NCBI GenBank assembly: GCA_050084515.1
Contig: CM114271.1
Coordinates: forward strand, 19,592,001 to 19,656,000
Source of the DNA: Blasia pusilla
Lineage: Eukaryota
Reading direction: 5' to 3'
DNA length: 64,000 bases
Position 1 is the stretch's first letter. Every line of letters begins with the position of its first letter. The notes under the pieces were generated by a model. That model saw only the letters and a program-made list of their open reading frames with translations. It had not been told where the DNA came from and did not search any database. Below, one piece after another: positions 49,901 through 63,800 of this stretch. Made by a program: the position numbers and the translations under genes.

Positions 49901-50789
49901 CCCAAGTCTCGGCCCTGTTGTGTAGAAATGGGCAAGGATCCCAACGAAAACCATTGGCACCAGCAGGGCATTGCAGTTTTGCCACTATGAGCGATGGATC
50001 TCATAGCGATAGAGTCAAGTCGTGGCGTTGTTGAATTTCTTCCGTTCGAAAATGGTGATTTCATAGTTGAAAGATTGGATTATGGGAAGATACTCTCAAT
50101 GAAAATCGGATGATGGAATTGAAAAAAAATAAAATTCAAGTAGTGTGTGGCCACTACAATGGGTGGAGAAGAGAGTAATTAACATATACGCGCATGTGAC
50201 ACGTGGATAGTCTAGATGACATAGAAAAAAAACAACGAGCACTTGTAGAGGCCGTAAAGAGTAAGTGAAGGTCACAATCGGCTCGGAAAAAGGAAAAGGG
50301 GCAACTCCTTACCGACTAAACTCACAAACAATAGAGACATCATCGGCAACACCTGGAGAGATATGACTATCGGGAAGATTATGGAATGTTTTTTTTTCGT
50401 GAAATTAGTATGTGCCTATGCCAAGCAAGGGTTAAGAAGGATCCTTCTTGCACCCTTTTCCTGTATTAGTCAAATGAACGTAAATTATTAGAGGCGACAA
50501 GTTTCATAGTAGGAGGTCATCCCAAGGATGTGTGTCAAATAAGGGGATGTTTGTTACTGAGACGTCTGTCGCTAATAATAGTATACATGAGTTTTGGTGT
50601 TATCCGTTTGAAAAAAATTAGTCGTTATGACCAAGACAGTCGTCCATGGGTTGTGGCCATGAAAGTTGACACATCGGATGGACCAGGTCTGCTATACAAA
50701 ACCCTCTGGCTATTGATTCCAAATGCGGTTGGTGTTTCTTGACTAATGGCTAGTTTTCATCACACCAACAATGACATATATCCATACTA

Positions 50790-51092
50790 CTAGCTGGCGC
50801 TCGTGCAATGCACAGATGTATAATTTTTAATTGCCCATCCTAAATGTACAATTAAATTCGAGCAATCTTATTGGCTTAGATAACGAGCGATTCTATTGGC
50901 TAAAAGGACATGTGTTAGCCATAAATTCATTTTTTTTCTTGGTGCTCGTAGAATGTGAAATATTTTCTTGCTGCCCAATTATCACGTGTCAATCATAGAA
51001 GTGTTTACAAATCAAGAAGGCACTCTCCCATAATAATATAGATTAGTAAGGTGTTTGCAAATCAAAAAGGCACTCTTCCATAATAATATAGA
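50790..51092 (-). mobile_element. Small non-autonomous Helitron with a duplicated 5' end
   Basis: CTAG at 50790 plus a GTGCA-A-TGCAC hairpin. The 5'-type end TAATAATATAGAT occurs twice, 50 bp apart (51042 and 51092). Confidence 0.75.
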
Positions 51093-53764
51093 TTAAGATA
51101 AATTTTTGGTTGAATATTTTTGTAAAATCTAACATGAAATGTTGAAAGCCTTTATTGGAAAAATAAACCTTAGTATCTCTCATCATTTTGAAAAATAATT
51201 CCCTTAATAAATTATTTTTCCAAAAGATAGTTAATTTTTTTTTTCTCAAAAAAGCTTGTTCGATATATATATATATATTTATATATATATATATATATAT
51301 TTGAAAAAGTAACTAAAAATCAAATCCATATTCCCTTGTTCCATTTTATTCTTGGCTTAGTATAGGGTAATATTAAAAAAAGTTCTTGTGTGTGTGATTC
51401 ATATGTGGCATGCAAAGCAAAGAAAGTTTGTACAAAAGACGTTAATACGAATAACAATATGATTTTCATTTGGTTATTTTACCCGAAGTTTTGGTAGGCA
51501 AGTGTTAAGGGTGTTTCTTTTTTAAGCCCTCAATTTCATTTTGGGAGAAAGGGGAAGTGGGTTCACGGACTTGGATATTGTGAGATTTGGTAGCTTACTT
51601 CCCTTACCTAAGAAATGAAGAAGTGGGTTTATTTTAACTTATTTTAGATGGGATGGGGTGTTTCTATCCTAAATTATATTCAATTCCCTCTCCCAAGAAG
51701 TGGAGAAGTAGGGGTTAGTTTAGAGCGAGTATGATCTTTATTTCAGCATTAGATTAAGTTCGAGTGAAAAAGAAAAATACAAGTTTTTATCGGGATCAGA
51801 AATTATTCACTTAGGTTGTTCATTTAAAAAGGGAATGTTAGAACATTTTCAGACTATTGGAAATAATTGACCAACATCATGGTTGCAAAAGAAAGGACAA
51901 ATTCGTCAATGTTACTTGCACCTCATCTTAGGATTTCTTGGAAGGAGGTAGAGTAGGGAGTCTAAATCGTCTAAGTCAACATTGGAGCGGAAAATAAAGC
52001 TTGCATGACTGCATAATCCAAGGTCATCATGAATTTTTTTATGTCTCTTAGCTCAATTGGAGTTGTTTCTTCTATCCTCTTTCGATGTTTAATCAGCGTG
52101 CAATTCCTTTCAGAGCGGAAGAAATCCACATATGTGGGAAGAGATTGTAAGTGGTGAATGGTGAGTGGATTCCAGGTGGATAGGCTTAATGGAGAGGGGA
52201 AAAAAAGTTTTCAGTAGACATTGTAGAGGCCATAAATTTTGTTCACTAGCTTCCAAATTTGTGATTTTAAAAAAAAGTCCAAATATGATAACCCCAATCT
52301 AGATAATCCATTTTGGAGTAAAAAAATACACTTTTCAGGTCAATCATGCATCTACCAATCCAAAGCCCATCAAGTTTTAGTTGCCTTACTAGGTATATGT
52401 GAAAGATCTCACTATCTATATTATTAAAACATAGTTGAGACATCATTACACAACAAAATGATCAAGACATTAAGAAAATTTCTCTCACCATGCATTGCAT
52501 TTCAAGGGGACGTTAAGGGAAATTAAACGAGGTAGTGGGCAATTAAGGAGGTTCTTCACTACTCTTAAATATGGTTTATGCATATAAGCTATACTCCAAT
52601 ATGAATTAACCCATGCGTAGCATGATCATACCCCTAGTGTTTGTTGTGTCAATAACTTTAAATTACATAAATGACTTGGGAGATATATGTTGAAAAAAGC
52701 ATTCCGATTGAGTGGAATGCAAACCATATAACTAGGAATGTAACTCTCTATAGATTGATAATTAGAGCATTTCTTGCTAATCTTTCTGGTCTTTGGAGAT
52801 CTACACATACAAAATGCTTTCAAAAGATTTTGATGGAGGATGTTTTTCTTCCCATTTTTCTCTCCCCTCCCTAGAGTGATTTGATCCCCCATGCTCATAA
52901 GTTGATATTCTACAACTACACCATAGTCTCCAACACATCCTTAGAGGGAGTTTTTTTTAATTATTTACAAATGGGCCATTTCCTCTTTCCTTGATGCACA
53001 TTCTATCCCATGAGAGATAAAGAAGCGTTGTGAGTCTCAAGTGTATCTCAAGGTTGGATATATAGATGTTAAAAAAAATTTGGTGCATTCCACAAAACCA
53101 TGTGAGTCCTATGCACTAAGTGCAAGGAATGAAAATCTGCTGCATGCATGTGGAATGGGCATCATTAATCATGCTAAACCTTTGTTCTTTGTTTGTTAGT
53201 TCACTTATGCATGTTTGTTGAATTTTGCAATTGAGTTGAATTTTTGAATTGGGAGTGTCTTCTTGAGCTTAGAAATTCAACTAGCAGATTAGGGCATCTG
53301 TGACATGGCAATTTGTTTCTACACGGCAAAAATTTTAGTTGCTTTGGAGTTGGAGTTCTCATGTAGAGGGATTTCACTCCATATCCATGGAAAATTATGA
53401 ATCTAAAGCTCTTCATATTCCTTGGATAATGGGGGAACATTTAAATATTTTGTGAAATATTAGCGACTATGCAAATCAACATGATAAGAGGAGACATCTT
53501 GCTTTAATACAAAAATCTTTGCCATATTAGATGGGTAAATATTTTAGGTCTCATCTTACCATATAGAGGGCAATACCTCTTTTTGTGTAGTGGAATAGAG
53601 TTATTCCTAGAGTAATGCTATTTGATTTCGAGGTGGACTAGTTATTTTATACTCTCAATTTTCATTGCAAGAACAATGTAGAGTAGGTTTTTTTTTCTAT
53701 GAGAAAATTTGAAAGCTTTATGTGAAAACCTTTTGCTTGCTGACTTTTCAAAATTTCCAACACC

Positions 53765-54150
53765 GAGGTTGCACACGGACAAAGTCCGTGTCCGTGGACA
53801 TATATGTCCATGTCCACGGACTTATGTCCGTCCCTAGGACAGACATGTCCGTGTGAGCACGAATACCCACGGCTTGCCCCTCCCGCAATGTAGATCTAGG
53901 CTTGGCCAGACAACACCCAGTCTAGGAATCGGACGCCCATTCTTGCCACCCGTTTGGTACTCTGCACCAAGCTTGCATCAAGCTTGCTTGGTATGTTCTA
54001 AGCTCGTAGTGGCCCACGACTAGGCCTTGTATAAGGCCCGCATTGGGCGGGCTCAAGGCCGAGGTTGTATGAGGATAAAGTTTGTGTCCATAGACATATC
54101 CATGTCCGTGGACTTACTTCCATCCTATAGAAGGACTTGTCCATGTGAGC
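53765..54150. repeat. Cluster of GTCCGT/ACGGAC-type motifs in both orientations, resembling DNA-transposon subterminal repeats
   Basis: For example CACGGACAAAGTCCGTGTCCGTGGAC and TGTCCACGGACTTATGTCCGTCC. Confidence 0.6.
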
Positions 54151-54295
54151 CCCATCTCCCCCTTCTTTCTTATCCCTCCCACTTGCCTTCGTGATCCACA
54201 CTTTCTCCTTCCTTCCTCCTCCCACCTCCACTTCCTCCGTCCTTATTGTCCCGCCCACCCTTGCTTTGCCTTCCGCCATCAACTATATGTGTGGA

Positions 54296-55255
54296 TGTCA
54301 TGACCCTCATAACCAAACATGCGCTAATGCAAAACATCCAGATCCTAGTAGGCTCTCTAGGATGGATGCGTGTTGAAGAAGCAATCTCTTGAAGGAGACA
54401 TGAGACGTCAGACGCGAGTAAGGTTGAGCGTTTCATGTGTTAATAGTTGCAACTTGGGAAACCTTAACCAAACATGAACCAAGACTTGAGAATAGTCAAG
54501 TGTAAGAAGAGTCGGTTGCCAAAAAGGATGAGAACCGGAGTTGGAACTTGACAAGCTTTTGGGGTTTTTTTGTGTTTTAGGTCATAACGGCTAGACTTGA
54601 GATGCGTTCTAAACAACTAAGGTGGCATTGGAAAGCTTATGCAAAGCCAATTCCAACACATCAAAGATCTAGAAAAATGAATAAGTAAAGATTGAGAAAT
54701 TTCCTCTAAACTATCAGATGGATAGTTGGATTGAGGGCCAAAAAGAGTGGTCCGAGAGTACTTTCCCAAAGGTAGGTAGTTGAAGGTCGAAGAATCCCAT
54801 CAGTATATATAAGTGGGAGGATTTCCAAGGGTGCTTAGGACCTGAACTCCACTCTGGGGAGCCATTTGGCAAACCAAGTGCACATAATGGATTGGGAGGT
54901 TGGCGTTGGGATGTGAGCACCAAGCCAAGTCTAATGAAGAAAAATTTGGAGGTCACCCTTGGATTCCAACCTATGACTCAATTCTTGGGTCCCAGTTAGG
55001 GACTCATGCGGAGTTCATTGGATAGTTGGGATCGCTAGGCGTGCGAGCATTATCCATAAAGTTTGTCGCAAATCTGGGAAGACTTGTTGTGTTGGGAAGA
55101 GAGGAGTTAGGACCTGTTGCACTTGATGAATGGCCTAAGTTGGGAACTCAAGGGGTTGGAAGGCTGGTTGACCCAAACCAAGACTAGTGAGAGTGTGTTT
55201 GGGTGTAGATATCAAGAGAGTGAGCGTGTTCTATTGAATGTATCCTTCCGCAACA
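54296..55255 (+). mobile_element. Probable solo LTR (960 bp)
   Basis: TGTCATGACC...CGCAACA termini, and a related truncated copy at 56052. No clear TSD. Confidence 0.6.
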
Positions 55256-55329
55256 TTTAAGTTTGACGTTCAAGAGGAATAGATGCATGACAATGGGCGC
55301 CACCTTTTGCAAGATGTATGGTTCTCTAC

Positions 55330-56051
55330 CTTTGATTGGATAAGATTTGAAACTCATACAAGACGAATATTTCTACAAGGTATGAAGGGAATCTAGAGTA
55401 AAATTAGCCTTTGCCATTCATAGCACTATCAACGTGAAGATTTTTGCCTTTTTTATTACAGGGCGTCTAAGGAACATATTATTTTGAGATGGGCTCATCA
55501 TAGTGGTAAGAAGAAACTCAAGAAGGCCATTGCAACCTCAAATAGAAGTTCTGATGACGCTTTTTTTAACTTTATTTCAAGAAGCTTACTTTGTAGCTAA
55601 GCAAAATATTCCATTCATAAGATTTCCTACCTTGTATGAACTTCTGAAAGTTTTTTTCCACCAATATGACAAAGACCATGTATAAAGATGACAAAGCATG
55701 TGCATGATAACATTTATAAGATAAGTATTGCAAAGAAAAGTTTTAGAAAGAGTGAGACATAGTTCATTTTTATGGAATTATGGTTAATGAGTCTATCGAT
55801 GTCTCTATATCAAACCATTCAGTGGCTTTTGTACACATATAGATAAGTAGTTACCTCTTTCCTAAGTTAAATTTTGGTTGATACAATAGATGGAGAATCT
55901 ATTTTGGATTATATAGTATCTTTATTAAGGGAATGTGGACTCAAATTTGATAAAATGATAGGATTTGGCTAGGATGGAGCTAGTACTATGATTTGATCTC
56001 AAAATGGGGTAACTTCTCGTTTTAAAGGGAATGTGAATCCTTTTATGAATG
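55330..56051 (+). pseudogene. Second, more decayed hAT transposase relic
   Basis: Colinear with about 27430-28160 (AYFVAKQNIPF, YGIMVNESIDVS, GFG*DGASTM, NVNPFM), cut by an LTR at 56052. Confidence 0.75.
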
Positions 56052-56435
56052 TGTTGCGACCCTCATAACCAAATGAATGCCAAGCGAAACATCAAAATCT
56101 TAGTTTGCTCGATCACGCTAGGATGGCTGAGCTTTGGAGAGGTCTCTTAGAAGAGTCGCAAGAGACAAAAAATGCAAATAGATTTTGTGCGTTTTATGCG
56201 TTTATGGTCACGACCAAGAAACCTGGACTAAACGTGAACCAAGACTTTAGAGGAGGTGAGTCTAGGAAGGTTGGTTGCCAAAAAGTTGAGAACCAGATTT
56301 GGAACCCAACCAGCGTTTGGGGTTTTGACTATGTTTCGGGCCATAATGTTTAGTCCCAAGATACGTTTGGGACAAGTAAGGTGGCGTTGGAAAGCTTATG
56401 CAAACTTGGTTCTAACGTACAAAGATCTTAGCAGG
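56052..56435 (+). mobile_element. Truncated LTR related to 54296-55255
   Basis: TGTTGCGACCCTCATAACCAAA start; shares AACCAAGACTT and GGAAAGCTTATGCAAA blocks. Confidence 0.7.
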
Positions 56436-58201
56436 TAATTTGCAAAAGGTGGCATTGGTGGTTCACTATTGACCATGGCAACAACTCATCAAGGAGGGTT
56501 TAAGACATTGAAATACATGTGTGATTGGTTTTTAACTGTTTTCTCTCTAAGCATAAGCTAGGTGGTAAGTAATGTAGTTCTTAATCTACTAAACTACCCT
56601 CATACAGTATGCACACTCCATATACAGTGCTTTGCACCTCTTTAGATCCCTCTCTCTGTTTTCTTACAATTTCCTCCTCATGTCTCCTTCTTCTCTTCCT
56701 CTTTCAAAAATATAATCACTCACTCATTGATTCTCTCTCTTTCCTCTGCAAAGCATCAGTCGGACATGGTTGAGAGACATACAACGGAACCATAGACTTG
56801 GGGTAGATGTAACCTGGAAAGGAGCTCATAAGGAGGCCAAGGGATAGGGAAAATTGGGCAGAAGGAACATGCTTGGGTAGAAATGTCTAGAATTGAGATC
56901 AAAGACAAATGAGTGTTAAGGATCAGTACTAGACCAGTTTAATGCTTCCCTCCTTAAGAGAAAACAACATCAAAGAGTGGATGAGCCAGAAGATTTAACA
57001 CTGGGGGCATTCAATACTTTATTGCAGCAACATCCTGGTAGAAGTTGAGTGCTTCACAATGCAGCAGATAGCACTGACTAAACAGAGCAAGAAGTTGGGC
57101 ATATATACTAGTGGCTTGGAAGGGAATGAGAGAAAAGAAAGAGAAAGGGGGCAGCGTCTGGTTGCATAGCTAGAGGGAGGCTACCCTAAGATATTCCAAA
57201 AAATGGAGCCAACAAACTTGTTCCTCTGTAACGGCTGTTCCTAAACTTAGAAGAGACTTGAGATATAACTATCTATTTATGCCTATCTTCCTATTGCACT
57301 CGATTAGGGCAGGGGAAATTACACTCCATATCCTTTGCCAATCATAGTTCCTAGCTTATTTCTATACACAATACAATCCATATGTCTTGTGTTTGAATGT
57401 ACTGCATTCTCAATGCAGCACACCAGGGTCAAGCTAACTCATCAAGAGCTAACAAGAATAGTGAAGCAATAATCACCAACCTAACTAAAGTGATAGTCAT
57501 AACCATGGCAACTTCCGAGTATACGAGAGACTGCAATTTCTTCTCGACAACTGCAATATTGAGGAGAAATCATACAATTTCCTTGAGCCATAACCCCATT
57601 CTTTGACTCTCTTTTGACTAGCAAGATGAGTGTTCCACGGTAGTGGTTGCACACATTGGAGTCAAGCTACTCTCCACATTTCAAAGTGGAGCTCTACACC
57701 ATCAGATCCGTTGGAGACTGGCAGGCAATAAGCGCAGGGCATTCGTGGCCCTCTTCTTTGAACTGCCTAGCAAGCTATATGCTGTCCACGATGACCACAA
57801 ACAGAGTCCAAACAGGAATAAGCAAAAGCCCAAGAGATTAGTCCTTGCCTTTAGTTCCCTCAATTGATCTCCGTGTTCCAAGCTGAAGAGTTCACTCTAA
57901 CAATGCGGATGATCACTACTGCAACAAAACTCAACTAGCCAAAGAAGAAAATTTCTAAGACTATCAGGATAATGATGTGGTAGAACCTGAGGCATGTCGA
58001 TATGCGTCAGTTACTGCCCATACTTCTCTACCTACAATGTACAGAATGTTACAAAATTCACTGCCCGCATAAAGCTAATTAGTTGTCATACCCCAAGCCA
58101 TATGAGTGACCACACTTGCCCACATTCCAAGTTATGTTGCAAATCAGAATTTAGAGAGAGAAACGAGTGGGCACACTTGTCATGGCTCAGAATCAATTAG
58201 C

Positions 58202-58228
58202 AGAGAGAGAGAGAGAGAGAGAGAGAGA
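58202..58228. repeat. (AG)n microsatellite
   Basis: About 13 AG units. Confidence 0.9.
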
Positions 58229-59059
58229 AGCGAGGAGTGACCACCGTTGTTCTTGCTCTGAAAATCAAGCTGTATATTTAAGAAATTCGAAATAGAGCAG
58301 CAACTATCCAAAATTAAAACCCCCACTCCAATTTTCGTCTAAAGATGTCATCGTTCCTCAATTCAAAGGAACGGACACTGAACTTCAAATTGCACAAGTA
58401 TAAACGGCCTCTTGGCAATCACAATCCATATGAAAGTCAAGGACCCCCTGCGCATTGGAAAATCGGCTTCAACGCCATTTCAAACATAATAAGAATGAAC
58501 ACTCAGACCACAGACCTTCAATTCAAGTATGATTTCAACCTTTGAAGACAAATGAGAGTTGTGCATTACTTGGAAAGGTAATCTCCAAACGTCTCCTCAT
58601 TCTACTACTTGTGATCCAATGCAAGTGTCCATTCTATCCCCGCACGTTTGAGTCCTGGATGATTCAATAAATTGCCACCTGTAGAGCTTTACACCTTCAA
58701 ATGTTTTCCCCTTTGGATGCACTTTACAATCTTGTTGCTCAGTAAATCTTCGGCAACTGCGTACTCATTATTCTGAAGTTTTTCACTCGCCTGCACATTT
58801 CAGCAAAGCGCACTCTCTCTCCTCCATTTTCTAAACCTTCAAAATCGTTTTTCCCTCGTGTTTAGGGTTGCTTGCATTTTTCCCTCGTATTTAGGGTCAC
58901 GTAAATCAAACGGTCTGTAGTCTTCTTACATGCTCTACAGTTTAGGTGAGCTATGCAGTCTCAGTGCGGGCATCCTTCTCGACCCGACCCTTGGGCTCTT
59001 GCGCCTCTTCCTGATCCTTGGCGCCAAACCAGAAATCCTATAGTCCACGCCATACCAAA

Positions 59060-60851
59060 TGTTGTGCGCATACATATCGCTACACAACATACATTGTTGT
59101 CACCGAACACACACACAAACATGCACGATCCCATGCTAACTCATGACATCCAAACAATGAGACAAGAAGTACCAAAATATCTCCAATCAATCAAGATCCA
59201 GTCTCTCTCAACTCCATACCTCTTATATGTGTACACTCTCACATGTCTCTCTCAATATCAAACCAAACCCACTCTCCTAATGAGAGGCTTGGGTTACACA
59301 CACAAGGCAAGCAAGACCATAGCTCCGCCGCCTCATGCCAAGAGGTTCAACAAAGAGAGAATAAACTCTCAAGCTCTCTCTCCTTGAGGTATACCCCTCC
59401 CCTCTCCCAAGCTCTCTCCATGGTAATCTATGCTGCCAAGTCACCTCCTTGGCTCTTGACCTGATGTAGGAGCTCAAGGGACACTTACCAAAAATAGGAA
59501 TTTGACCATATACTCAAAATGGCACTTACCTAAAATAGTAAGTTCCTCAATATGGCTCAAAATAAGCCAAAACGAGGGGGAAACCTGCTCTCTCAGGTTT
59601 CCTAGGGATTCAGCAGGTCATCCTTAACCTCCCAAGCCTCTCCTCCACTACTCGCGAAGGCGCTTTATCACATCTCATCGATCTATCCAAAAAGATATGA
59701 TAATTATCGTGCGCATACACATCGCTACACAACATACATCGCTATCACCGAACACACGCACAAACACACACGATCCCATGCTAACTCATGTCATCCAAAC
59801 AACAAGACAAGAATTACCAAAATATGTCCAATCGCCCCCCTAGTTGGTGGTTAGGTTCCTCTAACTCCAGATAGCCATCTATCCCTACCTACCATGACAT
59901 ACATCTCTTGGACGCTAAGAGCAAGAAGTCCGGGTGCTCATGTGGCCCCATCGTTAGTCGCCTTCTTGTCATCCATATTACAGACACAAGTTGGAATGTA
60001 GAACTACCTATGCTGTGTACATCTGAGACATATCCATTGTCCCTCAGCAACCCTAGTGGGAGGTGGTGTCAAACATGCCATATGCCATTCTCTCGAACAT
60101 CCATCACAGACTAGCATAGTGGCTGCACCGCGGGCAGAACCACACAACATACATCGCCAACCTGCAGGAACTACTGCTAAGCTCGGGTCAACTGTATCGT
60201 CCATGTTTGGAAGGTGACATGGCGCACAATTACGCACATGGTCCTTCCAAACCATACCATCGCGTCCCTCTAGTAAGAGAACACCTGATGGAAAAACCTC
60301 ACGCACTCTCAAGATGGTGCGCCCTGCAGTCACATCCAACGTCGTGGATGCCGTCTACTGCAAGTAGACATAGTCTCCTTGATGAAACCTCCAGATAATA
60401 GGTTGATAACCACCTCCCCATACAGTCACATACCTCAATGTATCTCGATGCTGCGCAATTGCCAAATTCTCAAATGCCATAGGTATCACTCTCCGAAACA
60501 ATTAAGCCCTCTGAGAACATGATTGCATCCATACATCAAGGTCATCAAGGTTTAACACCTCACCGACATCTCAATGAATGGACGCAGGTAAATCTGGCTC
60601 TCGGCCATACAAAAGCAAGTACGGTGAGAAAGACCCTAAGGATGCCTCCTTGCTGAATCTGTATCCCATCGCCAACCACGGCAACTGGAGGTCCCAATCT
60701 CCTAAGTGACCTCTCTGCAAGCCATACTTGTGTAGTCCTCTCTTCACCGTCCGCACAACTCGCTCCGCTAGTCTATCCGCCTCAGGATGATCTTGCGAAG
60801 TAGTGTTGTGTCGATCAGTGCCTCATCACACAAGGCCTGAAACTCCCCACG
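59060..60851 (-). mobile_element. 3' part of a gypsy-type LTR retrotransposon: integrase, C-terminal PHD finger, PPT and 3' LTR (59060-59702)
   Basis: Integrase core GEFQALCDE...HPEADRLAERVVRTVK...W...L...YR...SPYLLLYGREP. PHD finger CMLC...LVCDGCSREWHMACLTPP...GQWICLRC. C-tract at 59835-59840. Truncated by a CACTA end at 60852. Confidence 0.9.
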
Positions 60852-63800
60852 CACTAGAAGAATTGTGTGGTTTTTATGACTAGGCTTTAAATGACTTGCC
60901 AAAAGAATGACTCAAAGTATGACTAAAATGGTTTAGTCCTAAAATTTAAGGTTGCACAACTCACCTAGTCATGTACTTATTACTAAAGTAGTTATCAATA
61001 CCCTTTAGTAAAGACTAGTCGTACTTCTTTCACTTGCCTAGTAATATAGAGTCATAAATAACGACTAGTGTGTTTTTGTGTTCTCATGCTCCAATGGTAA
61101 CGTGTTTTTTTAATGTTGTTGGGATATATAAATAAATATATATATGCCTTATGTTCCTAGGATTGGGTTGCCCCTCAGGAAAAAAATTGAACATTCTTGC
61201 ATCCTTGGTTCAGGCGGAAACGTACTAAAAGAGGGCTTACGTATGAAGAGAAGGTTCCACGTTTCTCTGCCATTTTCATGTCATCATGGAGTTGAAAAAT
61301 TTGTCGCATCTTTGGATGGCAGTGAAAGTTAACACAAGCGAAGGTCCTAAATCCTTCCACTGCTTCAATGGTTCAGATCTTCCAGTTAGCTCTCCATGCT
61401 CAAACCAAAAAGGAAAGACCACTTTACGGTTCACGATTTTTAATTCCATGTGTCAGTGATCATTTGAATTTTTTTCTCTTGCCCTCTGTTCCACGGTAAA
61501 GGGTACACTAGTAGGAATATTTTCATGATTTTAGGGCCCCTTATGGAGGGTGGAGTGTGGAGGGTACAAAAAGACACGCCTAGAAGAAGGAAGAGCGCCT
61601 TGAGTAGGATTGTTTCGAGTCCTGATGGCATTTTCATGTTATCATGCAGTTAACTTTTTCTCCAAACCTTGGATGGTGATGACACCTAGCCCTTGAATCC
61701 CTCCACATTTTGAACGGTTCAGATATGCCACTTAGCTCTCCATGCTCAAACCAAAAATGAAAGATTAGTTTTGGGGTTTACGATTTTTAATTCCATGTGT
61801 GAGTGTTCATTTGAAGTTTTTTCTTTTTCCCTCTCTTTGAGGGTAAAGGATTGACTAGTAGGAATATTTTCTTGATTTTTGGACCCCATGTGGAGGGTGG
61901 AGGGTACAAAAAGCAACGCCAAGAAGGAGGAAGAGGGCGTTGAGTAGGATTGTTTTGAGTCCAGATGGAAATTTCATTGTATCATGAGTTAACTTTTTCT
62001 CCCACCATAGGATGGTGATGAAACCTGGCACACACCAAGGCCTTAAATCCCTCCACATCTTGAACGGTTCAGATCTTCCAGTTAGCTCTTCGTGCTCAAA
62101 CCAATAATGAAAGATTGCATTTAGGGTTTATAATTTTTAATTCCATGTGTGTGTTCATTTGAAGTTTTTTTCTTTTTCCCTCTAGTCAAGGGTAAAGGAT
62201 TGACAAGTAGGAATATTCTCTTGATTTTTGGGCCCCATGTGGAGGGTGGAGGGTACAAAAAGCGACGCCAAGAAGGAGGAAGAGGGCGTTGAGTAGGATT
62301 GTTTCGAGTCCTGATGATATTTTCATTGTATCATGAAGTTAAATTTTTCTCCCACCATTGGATGGTGACAAAACCTGGCACACACCAAGGTCTTCCATCC
62401 CTTCAAATGTGCCAGTTAGCTCTCCGTGCTCAAACCAATAATGAAAGATTGCATTTAGGGCTTACAATTTTTAATTCCATGTGTGAGTGTTCATTTGAAG
62501 TTTTTTCTTTTTCCTTCTGTTCCTGGGTTAGGGTTTCCATCTAGGAGAAAGTTTTATGATTTTTTGGCCCAATATGGAGGGTGGAGGGTACAAAAAGCGA
62601 CACCAAGAAGGAGGAAGAGGGCGTTGAGTAGGATTGTTTCAAGTCCTGATGGCATTTTCATTGTATTATGAAGTTAAATTTTTCTCCCACCATTGGATGG
62701 TGATGAAACCTGGTACACACCAAGGCCTTACATCCCTTCAAATCTTGAACGGTTTAGATCTGCCAGTTAGCTCTCCGTACTCAAACCATTAATGAAAGAT
62801 TGGATTTAGGGTTTACAATTTTCAATTTCATGTGTGAGTGTTCATTTGAAGTTTTTTCTTTTTCACTCTGTTCCTGGGTTAGGTTTTCCATCTAGGAGAA
62901 AGTTTTATGATTTTTTGGCCCCATGTGGAGGGTGGAGGGTACAAAAAGCGACACCAAGAAGGAGGAAGAGGGCGTTGAGTAAGATTGTTTCGAGTCTTTG
63001 TGGCATTTTCATTGTATCATGAAGTTAACTTTTCCTCCCACTATTGGATGGTGATGAAACCTGGCACACACAAGGCTTGAAATCCTTCCACATCTTGAAC
63101 GGTTCAGATCTGCCAGTTAGCTCTTTGTGCTCAAACCAATAATGAAAGATTGGATTTAGGGTTTACAATTTTCAATTCCATGTGTGAGTGGTCATTTGAA
63201 GTTTTTTTTCCTTTTCCCTCTATTTTTGGGTTAGGATTACCATCATGGAGAAAGTTTCATGATTTTTGGGCCCATGTGGAGGGTGGAGGGTACAAAAGGC
63301 AAGGCCAAGAAGGAGGAAGGGGGCGTTTAGGGTTATTTTTGTTTCGAGTCCTTGTGGCATTTTCATTGTATCATGGAGTTAACATTTTCTACCACCATTC
63401 GATGGTGATGAAACTTGGCAAACACAAAGACCTTCAATCCCTCCACATCTTGAACGGTTCAGATTCACCAGTTAGCTCTCCATACTCAAATGAAAAATGA
63501 AAGATTTGTTTTAGGGTTTATGATTTTTAATTCCATGTGTGAGTGGTCATTTGAGGTTTTTTCTTTTTTCCTCTGTTCCTAGGTTAGGTTTGCCATCTAG
63601 GAGAAAGTTTTATGATTTTTGGGGTCCATCTGGAAGGTGGAGGCTATAAAAAGCAAGGCCAAGAAGGAGGAAGAAGACGTTGAGTAGGATTCTTTCGAGT
63701 CTTTGTGGCATTTTCATTGTATCATGAAGTTAACTTTTTCTCCCACCATTGGATGACAATGAAACCTGGTAAACACCAAGGCCTTAAATCCCTCCATATC

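Noticed and set aside
61144-63500. Repeated short ORFs (e.g. RVQKATPRRRKRALS) in the terminal array
   Set aside because: They are by-products of the ~350-bp tandem unit; frames and stops differ between copies.
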